Below are positions 12,803-26,544 of a DNA stretch of 64,000 bases, in pieces. The stretch covers positions 9,860,001-9,924,000 of the forward strand of contig CM075995.1 of the NCBI GenBank assembly GCA_038087875.1, in the 5' to 3' direction. The DNA is from Malacoraja senta (Eukaryota). The position numbers were made by a program, and so were the translations under genes. The notes under the pieces are model-generated. The model was not told the origin of the DNA. It made no database searches and was given only the letters and a program-made list of their open reading frames with translations. How positions within the stretch are numbered: position 1 is the stretch's first letter; each line of letters opens with the position of its first letter.

Positions 12803-13760
12803 AGGAATGAACATGGAACTTTTTAATTTCTAAGATGGAGCTGGAACCGGCGGATTTCTCAGACAGTTACTGAGCTTATCTGTCTGGAATGTATTGGACA
12901 ATATTGTTTAACCTTGAATGAAAAGCTCTCGTACAAAGAACGAGATAACTTGAGTATTTAACTATTATATGCTAATTACAATTAACTAACTAATTTTAAC
13001 AAAACTAATGTGAGTGTGTGTAGTAAATATGAATATTCATGAATAAACCATTGCTTATAAATTGTAATTAACCAAAATGTCTATAACATTACTAACATTT
13101 TCTTTCTTTCTTTTTGAGTGGGAACGCAACATAAACTTGGAAAAAAGCCAGGAATGAGGTTAACCCCTCGGTACCTGCTTGTAGGGTAGCTGGCTAGATA
13201 AATTGGTACAGTACAAATACTTATAGAAATTAGAATAGGTTGTGGTTTATATTTGGATTTGGGGTTTAATTACATTAATGTTTTCTTTTTTTTTAACTCT
13301 TTAATATTTTATCTTTGCATATTTTTGTTATTATTATTATTATTACTAATTTTTTTTTTTTTAATTAATTTTTTGGGGGGCATTTTACTAACGCTAGTTT
13401 GATAAAGTTATACAAGAATAAACGAGACGGTTTGTAGGTTTTTTTTTTAAATTATTTTTTACGAGGTGTTAATAAGGGATTGGGGCTCACTGTAAAATAA
13501 CATCAACGGAAGTCGATAATTCTTTCGCCACCTTAGGTGGCTATTTGTCTTTAAGGTACCTGCTTTTAGATACCTTAATTTCACTTTTTTTTAAAAATCA
13601 CTTAATTAATTGTAAATCACAACTTTTCTTGCTTTATCTAAGGCACTTTTGGAGATGGAGATGTAATGTAAACTTAAAAATTTGGAATGACCACCCAACG
13701 TCCAGAACACGGAGGTATTTGTTTGCACCATATGTTTCAAGAACATCACTTTGATATACA

Positions 13761-16700
13761 ATGCAGGACGATAGGCAAATAAAGAATGGAGGAATCACAT
13801 TCTGTAGTTGGAATATAAGGGGTGCCAATGAACCAATAAAGAGGGGTAAAATTTTTGCTCACCTAAAATCTTTGAAAAGCGACATAATCTACTTGCAAGA
13901 AACTCGCATGAAACAGGAAACACAAATGAGATTAAAGGCGAAGTGGATAGGCCAAACATATTATTCGTCATTTACTTCTAAATCTAGAGGTACGGCTATT
14001 CTTATTCGAAAAGGTATACCGTTCAAATTAAAGAATACTATATCAGATAAAGAGGGAAGGTATATTATAGTTTCGGGAGAAATTTATGCTACCCCAATAA
14101 CTATGGTAAATATTTACGCTCCGAATTTTGATAACCCTCAATTTTTTGAGAAAATTATAGATATAATACTGGAGTTTAATTATCAAAATGTCATAATAGG
14201 AGGGGATTTCAATTGTGTTTTAGATCCTTACTTAGACAAATCAGCAAAACAAAGAAGGAGTAATACAAAATCTAAGACTAGTGAATTTCTAAATACATAT
14301 ATAAAAAATACTAACATAACAGATGTATGGAGATCTGCTAACCCAGCAGGAAGGGAATACTCGTTTTACTCTTCGGTACATAAAACATACTCAAGAATTG
14401 ATTATTTTTTAGTGGATAGGAAATTAATGCCATATATAATTAACCCAACTTACCATATTAGTAGTATTTCTGATCACTCTCCATTGACTTTTTTAGTAAA
14501 ATTTGAAGGAATGCCGGGAAAGAATTTTTTTTTGAGGTTTAACACATATATATTAAATGACCTACAGGGTTATCAATATTTGAAACAACAAATGATATCA
14601 TTTCTTGAGATAAATGATACACCAGGTACCTCACCTTCTTTAATATGGGAAACTTTTAAAGCATTTATTAGAGGAATTATAATTTCATATGAAATTTTTC
14701 AAAATAAGAAGAATAAAACTGAACAGATGCTGTTAGAACAAGAAATAAGACAGTTAGAGTTAGATAATGCTAAAGATCCCACTATAGATAAACATAATAA
14801 GATAATACTACTGAAATTTAAACTTAACCGAATTCTCTCGGCAAGAGTAATAAGATTATTCCAAATTACAAAACAGGAACATTTTGAGTTTGGTGACAAA
14901 CCACATAAGCTGTTGGCGCGTCAATTGAAAAAACAGGAAAAGGAAAATACTATAAATAAAATTAAATCTGAGAATGGTGAATTACTAACACTACCTAAAG
15001 ATATCAATAAAAGATTTGTTCAATTTTATCAGAATTTATACACATCAAAAACCAAAACAGAAGATAGTAAAATTACAAATTTTTTAGATAAATGTAATCT
15101 ACCAAAACTTGACCTTTTGGAACAAGAAGAACTAGGAGCGCAAATTACAATCGAAGAAATAGGTGAAACAATAAAATTGCTGAAAAATGGTAAGACACCG
15201 GGACCAGATGGTTTTAGTAATGAATTTTATAAAAAGTTTCATGAGATAACGACCCCCTATCTATTTAATTTATATACTCACGTTTTTAAAGAAAATAAAT
15301 TACCTGAAACATTAGCAGAATCAACTATTACGCTTATTCTAAAGAAAGATAAAGATCTAGAGGAACCGGGTTCATATAGAGCTATATCACTTTTAAATAC
15401 CGACCAGAAAATTCTAGCAAAGACCTTAGCTAGAAGACTAAGCAAATATATTAGTAAATTGATAAACCCTGATCAAACGGGGTTTATACCCAAAAGATAT
15501 TCATTTAATAATTTGAGACGCCTGTTTAATATAATGTACTCACATAAAAAGGAAGAAAAAGACTTAGCAATTATTTCTTTGGACGCAGAGAAAGCATTTG
15601 ATCAGGTAGAATGGCAGTATTTATACATAGTATTACAAAAATTTAATATGGGAGAGAATTTTATTGCATGGGTGAAATTATTATATGATAAACCGATGGC
15701 AAGAATATTAACTAACAGCATGTTATCTCAAAAATTTCAATTATCAAGGGGTAATAGGCAGGGATGTGCTTTATCACCCCTGCTATTTGCCCTTATGATA
15801 GAACCTCTGGCTGAAAGTATAAGAAGCCATCCGAATATTCAGGGTTATAATACTAGGGACTCAAATAATAAAATTTCATTGTATGCAGACGATATTTTGT
15901 TATATATAACAAATTCACAAACGAGTATACCAAATTTATTAAATTTAATAGAGGAATTTGGGTCCTTTTCAGGATATAGAATAAATTGGAACAAAAGTGA
16001 AATTATGACGTTAAAACCTCAAGAATCCACACACTTATTGAAATTCCCCTTTAAAATAGCAACAGAAAAATTCAAATATCTGGGTATACAGATTACTAGA
16101 AAACATAAAGCTTTATTCAATGCTAATTTTATACCCTTAATAAATAAACTTAATATAATGATAAAATTTTGGAAAACACTCCCTTTATCATTAATAGGCA
16201 GAATAAATGCTATTAAAATGAGCTTCTTACCACAGTTATTATACTTATTTCAATCTATACCAGTATATGTACCAAAATATTTCTTCTCTAAACTGAATGC
16301 TAATATTACTAATTTTGTTTGGGATTACAAATCACATAGAATTAAAAAAGAACACTTATGTAAACCAAAAGATGTCGGGGGACTTTCACTCCCTAATTTT
16401 TTGTATTACTATTGGGCAATACATATTAAGAATATAATTTACTGGTTGGATAGTTCAACTCAACAGACAGAATGGATAAAAATGGAGAAAGAGGATTGTT
16501 ATCCTTGTAATATAGGAACAATCCTCTTCTCCCCGAAAAAAATGAACAATACAATATATAAGAAAAACCCAATTATACAAGATACAATAAGAATATGGAA
16601 ACAAATAAAACTATCCTTAAAATTAAGAAACCTATCATTGTTAACACCGATAGCGAATAATCCTTTATTTAAACCATCTATGATGGATAAAATATATAAT

Positions 16701-17569
16701 CAATGGGAAAGTTTAGGAATTAAAAGGATCGGGGATATGTATGAAATGGGAGATTTATTATCATTTCAACAATTACAATTAAAATTTAAACTGAAAAACA
16801 CTCATTATTTTAAATATTTTCAGATTTGTAATTTTTTGAAGACATACATACAGGGATATCAAAAAATAACTCCTGATTTACTAGAAGAAGTAATGAATAT
16901 AAAAGCTGATACACAAAAATTAATAGCATATTTATATAATAGTATCTTAAATATAGATTTACCTGTGACCGAGGTAATTAGAGAAGAGTGGGAACGGGAA
17001 TTATTGATAAAAATTACGAAGGCTACATGGGAAAAGTATTTGACATACATTCACAAGTGTTCGATTAACGCAAGACATAATCTAATCCAATTTAAAATTT
17101 TACATAGATTATATTACTCAAAAACAAGATTAAATAAATTTTATCCAAATATATCGCCCATTTGCGATAAATGTTTAATCCAAGAAGCAACTATAACACA
17201 CTCTTTTGTTTCTTGTATAAAACTTCATGGATTTTGGAGTGATATTTTTGAAATATTTACAAAACTATTTAAGACAAAAATGGAACCCAATAATGAATTG
17301 ATTATATTTGGGGTAATGGAAGACGGGAACAAATTGAGTTCATCTCAAAAGTCAATTTTTAATTATGGTTTAATAATAGCAAAAAATTAATATTGAAATT
17401 TTGGAAAAATACACCAATACCAACGCTCAAAATGTGGATTGCAAGTATGTTGGATACCGCACATCTTGAGGAAATGCGATTCCTCCTAATAGATAAATTT
17501 GACCAATTCATAACGAGTTGGTCTCCATTTGTCGTCTTTTTGGAAACGTATGGTGCAAAACAGGTGTAA
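13761..17569 (+). CDS. L1 ORF2p (APE endonuclease, RT, Cys-rich C-terminus) with one frameshift near 17385
   Basis: SWNIRG, LQET, GGDFN, SRIDYFL, SDHSP; LDAEKAFD, QGCALSP, YADD; CDKC..H..C. Open 13761-17390; adding one A to the A-run restores AKKLILKFWK (as in the second L1) through TAA at 17567-17569. Confidence 0.93.
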
Positions 17570-17985
17570 AAGCTAATCCGTGACTGCGGATGGTCAAGAT
17601 TATAAATGATCTCCTTCTATTTTCTTTTCTTCTCTTCTTTTCATTTATTCTCTTTTTTCTATTTTCTATGTCTCAACTTTCTTATTTCATTCTTTATTTT
17701 TCTTTTTCACACACTATATATCTCACATTTTTCTATTTTTCATTATCTAACTTTTTTCCTTTTCTTCTTTATTTAAAAAAAAAATTTAAATAAGAAGCTG
17801 TACATAAAAGGTATTATGAAAATATGATTGTATACAATTGTACTTACTTCTAATAAAATAAAAATATTTTAAAAAAAAAGAGGCTATGGGCCAATTGCTG
17901 GAGGATGGGATGTGTCTGCTTTGGTCAAGCGAGAGCTGTGAATGCAGTCGTCCATCACACAAACTCCATCAACTCCATCTACACA

Positions 17986-19175
17986 TTATGGGGATGCAAT
18001 CTCACTGGCTCTCCACTCTGCACTGGACCACTTAGATAAATGACAACACGTACATCAAGCTGTTGTTCATCGACTACAGCGCGCCATTCATCATCATCAT
18101 TCCCTCCAAACTTGTTATCAAGCTCAGGGAACCGTGTCTCTGCTCATCCATATGCAAATAGACTCTCAATTTCCTCATCAACAGATCACAATCAGTATGA
18201 ATTGGCAACAACACTTTCTCCTCAATAACCATCAGCACAGGAGCACCTAAGGGCTGTGTGCTCAGACCCCTGCTCTACTCACTCTATACCCAGGACTGTA
18301 CAACCAGATACAGTTCCAACGCCATCTTTAGATTCACCGACGACACAACTGTTGGCTGAATTACAGATAATGAGTCGGGCTATAGGAAGGAGATTAATAA
18401 TCTGATTGAATGAGAAACAACCTTGCGCTCAACATGAGCAAGACCAAGGAGCTGATTGTTGACTTTAGAAGAGGAAAGCTGAGGATCCACGAATCTGTCT
18501 TCATTGACGAGTTGGTGGTGGAGTCACAACTTCAAGTTCCAGGGCATGCAGATCTCTGAAGATCTGATGCTATCATAAAGATAGCCCATCAATGCCTCTA
18601 CTTACAAGATTGAGAAGGTTCTGCATGTCGATCTATACACTCTTGAAATTCTACGGGTGTCGGACCAGAGGGATCACGGCCTATTTCAGCAACTCCATTG
18701 CCCAGGAATGAAGGAGGTTACAAAAAGTGGTGAACACTGCTCAGTCCATCCCCACCATCAAAGGGATCTATGTGGAACGGTACCTTAAAAGGCACCAGCA
18801 TCATCAAAGACCCAGATCATCCTGGCCATGCTCTCATTTCACTCTTGCCATCAGGAAGAAGGAACAGGAGTCTGAAAACTATGACCAACCATGACGGTTC
18901 AAGAATCGCTTCTTCCCAGCAACCATCAGGATCTTGAACACTATAAAACACTAACTAAAAACTATGAACTATGGGATGTCTTTTGTTGCACGAAGGAATT
19001 TGGACTTTTGGACTTTTTTTTGTCATAGTATTGCACTTGCATTATAAAACAAATTAATTTGATTTTTTTGTTTATTGTGTTATTTATATATTGTGTTTAC
19101 AAGCTTGTTATGCTGCTGCAAATAAGAATTTCATTGTTCCATTGTCGGTACATTTGACAATTAAACATTCTTGAC
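17986..19175 (+). mobile_element. Degenerate Rex1/Babar-like LINE
   Basis: Homologous to 8270-9437 ([15 protein letters not shown].., FTDDTTV, tail gacaattaaacattcttgac) but with many stops and indels. Confidence 0.85.
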
Positions 19176-19199
19176 TTTGCCTTGAGAAAGCAACCAACG

Positions 19200-22100
19200 T
19201 AATCAAGGACCAATTTCACCTCTTCTCTCCTCTCCTGTCAGACAGAAGAAAGCAGCTATTACCAGATTCAGGAACAGTTTCATCCTTGGTGTTATCGTAC
19301 TACTGAACAGATCTCTCATAACCGAGAATGTATTCCCGATCTCCCACCCTACCTCGTTGCGGCCGTTCCATTTTATTCTCTGCAGCTTCTCTGCACCTGT
19401 AACGCTGTAACACTACATTCTGCGCTCCGCTGTTTTTCTCTTTGCATTACCTGGCTTGATTGTACTCATGAATAGTATGATTTGACTGGATAGCATGCAA
19501 AGTTTTTCATTGTATCTCAGTGCACGTGAAAGTAATAAACAAATACCAATAGAGACAAAAAACTGGAGTGACAAATACTAATACACTTGGCTCCATTCTG
19601 GTTCTGCTGTGGTTAATGAGGCCAATGTGGGAACGTTTAACACCTCCACACATGGGGCTTGTGATACTGATGGGATGTGCAGATGGATTTGTAGCTTGTC
19701 AGGTGGTCTTCACCCTCTGCTGCTTTTGTGTGCTCCTAATGCTTGGCCTCAAAGTTGTTGAAAGCATAGACCGCCACAGCAGTGTGAGGTACTGTCACCA
19801 TCTGCTGGAGCAATGAGGCCACTGCATCTGGAGCGATGAGTGCACTACAGTATATCATGGGCAGCACACAGGAGCCACAGTGGATAATCTCATGTCATTT
19901 GCTACTACTAAATAAAATTATTCTTAATTTTGAAATCGTTGAGTTTTTCATCGGAAATAATCATCCCTGTGCATCAACACCAGTTCTCTAATGCAATCCC
20001 GTCATAGATATAAACATCTTTTGCAGTACTGTATCTATCTCTTATTTCCCCTTAACTGTGATTATTTTTAAAGCTGAAACAAGACAAGGGTGAAAGGTAG
20101 ATGGGAACATTGAGCTGAGGGAGTACTCAGATCAGACATGGCTGAGAGGCACAGTTGACTAGTCCTGCTCCTAATGTTCATGACTGCAGAAGTAGGATAT
20201 TTTTACCTTCCCAATATTAACTGGCATTTCCTGAGTGCAAAGGGCTTAGATGGGGAAAATTCATAAAGGACATTTGAAAATGTTCTTAAACAATACGTAG
20301 AGAGTCCCAATAAAGAGAGGGAAACACATAGGTGTGATTACAAAGTAGGTGCACCACTGCCTCTACTTTCTTTGCCGTTTAAAGATATTCATAACCGACT
20401 TATGGAGGATTGCTAATCCATCCGGAAGAGAATATTGTTTTTATTCAGGTGTTCACAAAACGTATACACAAATTGATTATTTTCTGGTGGACTCAAAATT
20501 GATCCCTTTTACAATCAATCCTAAATATCATAATAACATCATTTCTGATCACTGTCCATTAACCTTCTCCTTAACTCTAGAAGGAATGCATAATAAAAAA
20601 ACATTTTGGAGATTTAACCCACAAATATTAACTGAGCCAGGTTGTTGTGATTATCTGAAGCAACAGATGGAACTATTTTATGAGACAAACGACACACCTG
20701 GTATTTCGGCTTCTTTATTGTGGGAATCTTTTAAGGCCTTTATCAGAGGTTCTATTATTTCATATCAAGCTTATCAAAACAAAAAAAACAGGTCGGAACT
20801 GGAATTAGAAAAACAGATTAAACAGCTTGATTTAGAAAACGCCATTGATCCATCTACTGCTAAACATAATAAGATAGCAGCATTAAAATTCAAGTTAAAT
20901 CAAATCCTCTCCGCAAAAGTTGTTAAGCTATTTCAATACACTAAGCAAAAAAACTTTGAATTTGGTGATAAACCGCATAAACTTCTGGCAGGCCAGCTGA
21001 GAAAAATGGAAAAAGATCACACCATTCAAAAAATCAGATCAGAAAAAGGTGAGCTGCTTATATTCCCTAAAGATATTAACGAAAGATTCTTAAAATTCTA
21101 TCAAAATTTATACGCATCTAAAACTTCAGCCGAAACCACAAAGATCAAAAGCTTTCTTGACAATTGCAACCTTCCATCACTCAATGAGTTGGAACGAGAA
21201 GAATTAGGAGCGGAGATTACAGTAAAAGATATTGAAGAGACTTTCAAATCACTGAATAATGGGAAAACTCCAGGTCCAGATGGGTTCAGTAATGAATTCT
21301 ATAAAAAATGTCATGAATTAATTTCCCCACGTTTACGAGCCCTTTATATACACGCTTTTAAAGAACAGACGTTACCACAAACCTTAGCCGAATCAACCAT
21401 TACATTGATACCTAAAAAAGATAAAGATCTTGAAGAGCCAGGATCATACAGAGCAATAGCTCTTTTAAATACAGATCAGAAAATATTAGCTAAGACTTTG
21501 GCAAGGAGACTAAGTTTGTACATTAGTAAACTAATACACTCAGACCGAACTGGGTTTATACCTAAGCGACATTCGTTTAATAACTTGAGACGTTTGTTTA
21601 ATACAATGTATTCAAACAGAACGATAAATGAAGATTTATCAATTATTTCTTTAGACGCAGAAAAAGCATTTGACCAAGTAGAATGGGAATATCTCTTTAC
21701 AGTATTGCAAAAACTCCAACTAGGAGAAAATTTTATCTCATGGATAAAGTTGTTATATAACAATCCGACTGCCAGAATACTGACTAATCAAATTCTGTTA
21801 CATAAATTTCAATTATTCAGGGGCAATAGACAAGGATGATCTCTTTCACCAATGTTATTTGCCCTTGCCATAAAACCCTTAGCTGAAAGTATAAGAGTAC
21901 ATCCGGGCATTCATGGTTATAATACTAAACATACCAATAACAAGATTTTGTTATATGCGGACGATGTACTTTTATATATTACCAACTCTCAAGTCAGTAT
22001 CCCAAATATATTAAACCTTATAGAACAATTTGGTTCCTTCTCAGGGTATAGAATAAATTGGAATAAAAGTGAAATTATGCCAATAAAAGCTCAAGACCCT

Positions 22101-24340
22101 TCACATCTCCTAAAATTTCCCTTTAGAATTGCCACTGAAAAATTTAAATACCTTGGAGTTTATGTGACTAGAAAATATACCTCTCTATTCCAAGCAAATT
22201 TTCCACCATTAATTACTAAATTAAATGCCCTTATTCAATTTTGGAAAACACTTCCTATTTCCCTTTTCGGTAGAGTAAATGCTATAAAGATGATTTTCCT
22301 TCCACAACTCCTTTACCTATTTCAATCAATACCAATTTATCTCCCTAAAAGCTTTTTTTTTAAACTTGACTCTGTGATTACAAACTTTATCTGGGATTAT
22401 AAAACTCATAGAATTCACAGACGACATTTATGTAAACCTAAAGAAAACAGTGGATTGGCACTCCCCAATTTTCTTTTCTATTACTGGGCAACTAATATTA
22501 AAAATTTAATCTACTGGATGGATGATACATGTCAACAAGTAAACTGGTTAAAAATGGAGAGGGAAGATTGTTCGCCTTTCAATATAGGCGCGATTCTTCT
22601 TTCTCCAATACATCTGAATAAATGAACGTATGAGAAAAATCCGATAATTCATAGCACCCTACGAATTTGGAAACAGTTGAAATCAACTCTCAAATTGAGA
22701 ATTTTTTCTCTCCTTTTACCAATCGCCAACAATCCCTCGTTTAAACCGTCTACTTTAGATAAGGCGTTTGCACAATGGGAAAACTCAGGAATTAAAACGT
22801 TGGGAGATCTTTACGAGAAGGGGATCTTCCTCTCGTTTGAAGAATTACAGGAGAAATATCATTTGAATGCTAGTAATTTTTTTACATATCTTCAAATCCG
22901 AGACTATGTGAAAACACACATGCAAGACTGTCATTCTATGGGCCTAGATATATTAGACGAATGCATGAATAGAAAGGCGGATACAAGTAAGTAAAAATCC
23001 TACATTTACAATACCCTTTTAACTGCACACATCCCATCTTCTGAAATGATTAGGCGAGCATGGGAAGATGAATTGGGTTTACTAATCTCAAAGGATAGTT
23101 GGGCGGAAAGCCTTTTATACATACATTACTGCTCTCTTAATGTTAGGCACTCCCTGATACAATTTAAAATACGGCACAGACTCTATTACTCAAAGTCCAA
23201 ATTGAACAAGATCTTCCCAAATGTCTCTCCTATTTGTGATAAATGTCTCCTCCAAGAAGCGACTACAACCCATTCTTTTGCTTCCTGCACAAAGTTACAA
23301 AACTTCTGGAGGGGAATATTTGATACCTTTTCCAAAATACTTAAAACTAAATTGGACCCAGATATAAAACTGATCATATTAGGTATGTCAGAGGCCTGTT
23401 CTATGCTGATGATTTCTCAAAGACGTTTCCTTTGATTACAGCCTAATAATGGCGAAAAAATTAATACTTAAATTTTGGAAACAGACAACAGTCCCCACAG
23501 TGAAGATGTGGATTACAGATATGTCCGCAACACTACACTTGGAAAACATTAGGCTTGTCTTGGCGGAAAAACCAGATCAATTTCTTAAGACATGGATACC
23601 TTTTACTGAATTTTTACAACAATGGTATGGTGAAACACAAATTTAAATTTAAATCCGATGCTACGATGGGTGAGGGGGGGGGGGGGCAAGGTATATCTCC
23701 ATTTTTTCTTTTCTTATTTATTTTTCTCTGCTGCACTGCTTTGGTAGCTTAGGGGTCTTTTTCTTGTTCTTTTCTATTTTATTTCTTCATTTTTTCTTTG
23801 CTTGCTTTCCCGTTTTTTTCTTTTTTCTTTTTTTTAAAATTTAGGTTATAAGGTTAAAAATGAAGCTGTACAATAATTGTATAATTGTAGATGCCGAGCG
23901 TTTTATCCTTGTACAATTGCTTCTAATAAATTTTTTTTTTAAAGATATTCATATAGCATGTAGCTTAATATTCTAACAAACCTCTACATATTCACGACAG
24001 TAAATATCCTGACTGGTAGCATCACGGCTTCGTATGACAGTTACAATGCACTGCAACACAAGAGGCTGTAGAGAGTGGCAGACTTACGACTGTCCATTAA
24101 GGGGACAAGTACTCCCCACCATCAAACGCATCTACATGAGGCACTGCTTCAAAAAGGCAGCATCTATCAACAAGAATCCCTACCATCCAGGCCATGCTCT
24201 CATTCTCGCTGCTTTTGGTGACAGGAGGTATAGAAGCCCGCACTACCCGATTCAGGAACAGGTGCTTTCCTACAACCATCAGGTTATTGAACTGACCTGC
24301 ACATCCCAAATCCTATCTCAGCAAAGAAATATAATGGATA
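19200..24340. repeat. Right arm of the inverted segmental duplication
   Basis: Reverse complement of the left-arm segments; for example 19595-20137 matches 6905-7460 with only scattered substitutions; interrupted by an L1. Confidence 0.9.
20394..23940 (+). mobile_element. 5'-truncated L1, second subfamily, ORF2 pseudogene
   Basis: TSD AAAGATATTCATA at 20381-20393 and 23941-23953 (TTT/AAAG nick site); ORF2 pieces 20349-21839, 21852-22625, 22677-22994, 23046-23435, 23449-23646 are collinear with the first L1. Confidence 0.95.
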
Positions 24341-24349
24341 CATAACCAT

Positions 24350-24985
24350 AGATGTCAGTAGTAAGGAAGGCAAATTCAATGCTCGCATTTATATCAAGAG
24401 GACTGGAATACAAAAATTTAATGCTGAGGCTCTATAAGGCGCTGGTCAGGCCATGTTTGGAGTACTGTGAGCAAACTTTGGCCCCATAATCTGAGGAAGG
24501 ATGTGCTGGCTCAGGAGGCGGTCCAGAGGAGGTTTACAAGAATGATTCCAGGAATGAGTGGGTTAGCATATGATGAGCGTTTGACAGCACTGGGCCTGTA
24601 TTCGCTGGAGATTAGAAGGTTGAGGGGGACCTCATTGAAACTTACAGAATAATGAAAGGAAGGCATAGATAGAGTGGATGTGGAAAGGATGTTTCCACTG
24701 GTGGGAGAGTCTAGGACCAGAGGTCATCGCCTCAGAATTAAAGGGCGCTCTTTTAGAAAAGAGGTGAGGAGGAACTTCTTTAGTCAGAGGGTAGTTAATC
24801 TGTGGAACTCATTGCCACACAGGGCTGTGGAGGATGTCAGTGGATATTTTTAAGGCAGTATTAGACAAATTCTTGATTAGAACGGTGTCAAGGGTTATGG
24901 GGAGAAGATAGGAAAATGGGATTAGGAGGCAGATATCAGCCATGATTGAATGGCGGAGTAGACTCGATGGGGCGAATGGAATAGA
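24350..24985 (+). mobile_element. CR1 LINE 3' fragment
   Basis: LRKDVLAQEAVQRRFTRMIPGMSGL and the CR1 3'UTR. Confidence 0.9.
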
Positions 24986-25709
24986 ATACTTTATGGAATA
25001 CTGTATTGTCACATGTGTCAAGGCACAGTGAAATTCTTTGCTTGCATATACAAGGTATGCAAATAGTAGCCACCTACGGCACTAACAAAGTTACAAACTA
25101 TGCCGGCTCCTCCTTTGTTCTCCCTCCCCATCTCCAACACACCAGGTCCTCCTTTGTCCATTTTTCTCCCCATTGTTCTTCCTCTCCTCCCCTCATGGCA
25201 GTCCCCCCACGCTGTCGCGACCGCCGAATGCAGGTCGGCCCGCGAGGCATCGCCGCTGACACGAAACTTCACTACTGCTGAGGCCCCATCGCCACGAGGC
25301 TCCGCCACCGCCACCGAATGGCCTAGTTCTACTCCTATAACTTGTGAACTGTCTTGTAATTGTATTTTGCTTTTTGCACACTTTTTCTTTTCACTGTCTT
25401 GTTTACTTTATGTCTAATTTATATTTTATGGATTGTTTGAGCCAATGGGCCTATGATGCTACTGCAAGCAAGATTTTCATTGTACCTTCACTGAGAATGG
25501 CAGGGCCCTGGGGAGTGTTAATAATAATAATAATACATTTTATTTATATAGCGCTTTTCAAGGACTCAAAGTCGCTTGTAGAGCAGAAGGATTTTGGAAT
25601 GCAAGCACAGAATTCCATAAAGTGGTGTCACAGGTAGATGGTCAAAAAGGCGTTCAGTACATTGGCCTTCATCAGTGATGGTATTCAGTATGGAAGTTGG
25701 GATGTTATG

Positions 25710-26543
25710 CCCTTCCTCAAATTAGACCAAAATTGCACATAATACTCCAGGTGCGGTCTCACCAGGGCCCTGTACAACTGCAGTAGGATCTCCTTGCTCC
25801 TAAACTCAAATCCTCTCGCTATGAAGGCCAACATGCCATTAGCTTTCTTCACTGCCTGCTGTATCTGCATGCTTACTGATGTATAAGCACAACCAGGTCT
25901 CCTTGCACGTCCCCTTTTCCTAATCTGACACCATCCAGATAATAATCTGCCTTCCTGTTCTTGGCACCAAAGTGGATATCCTCACATTTATCTACATTAT
26001 ACTGCATCTGCCATGCATCTGCCCACTCACCCAACCTATCCAAGTCACCCTGCAGCCTCATAGCATCCTCATCTTAGCTCACACTTCCACCCAGCTTTGT
26101 GTCATCCGCAAATTTGAAGATGTTACCTTTAAATTCCTCTTCTAAATCGTTAATATAAATTGTAAATAACTGGGGTCTCAGCACCGAGTCATGCAGCACA
26201 CCACAAGTCACTGCCTGCAATTCTGAAAAGGACCTGCTAATTCCTACTCTTTGCTTCCCCTGCCAACCAGTTCTCTATACATGTCAATACCCTATCCCCA
26301 ATACCATGTGCTCTAATTTTGCGTGGGACCTTGTCAAAGACTTTTTGAAAGTCCAGATACACCACATCCACTGGCTCTCCCTTATCCATTCTACTTGTTA
26401 CATCCTCAAAAAATTCGAGAAGATTAGTCAAGCATGATTTCCCCTTCATAAATCCATGTTGACTTTGACCGATCCCGTCACTGCTTTCCAAACGTGCTGT
26501 TATCACATCTTTAATAATAGACTCAACCATCTTCCCCACTACC
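25710..26543 (-). mobile_element. CR1 LINE RT region (continues at ~30613-30735 and ~31158-31757)
   Basis: [30 protein letters not shown]; split by later Rex1-like and L2 insertions. Confidence 0.9.
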
Positions 26544-26544
26544 A

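Larger units (their letters stand above)
11625..17877 (+). mobile_element. Full-length L1-clade LINE
   Basis: 15-bp TSD AAGAGGCTATGGGCC at 11610-11624 and 17878-17892; 5'UTR, ORF1, ~960-bp spacer, ORF2, AATAAA and A-tail; inserted in a CR1 3' end. Confidence 0.96.
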
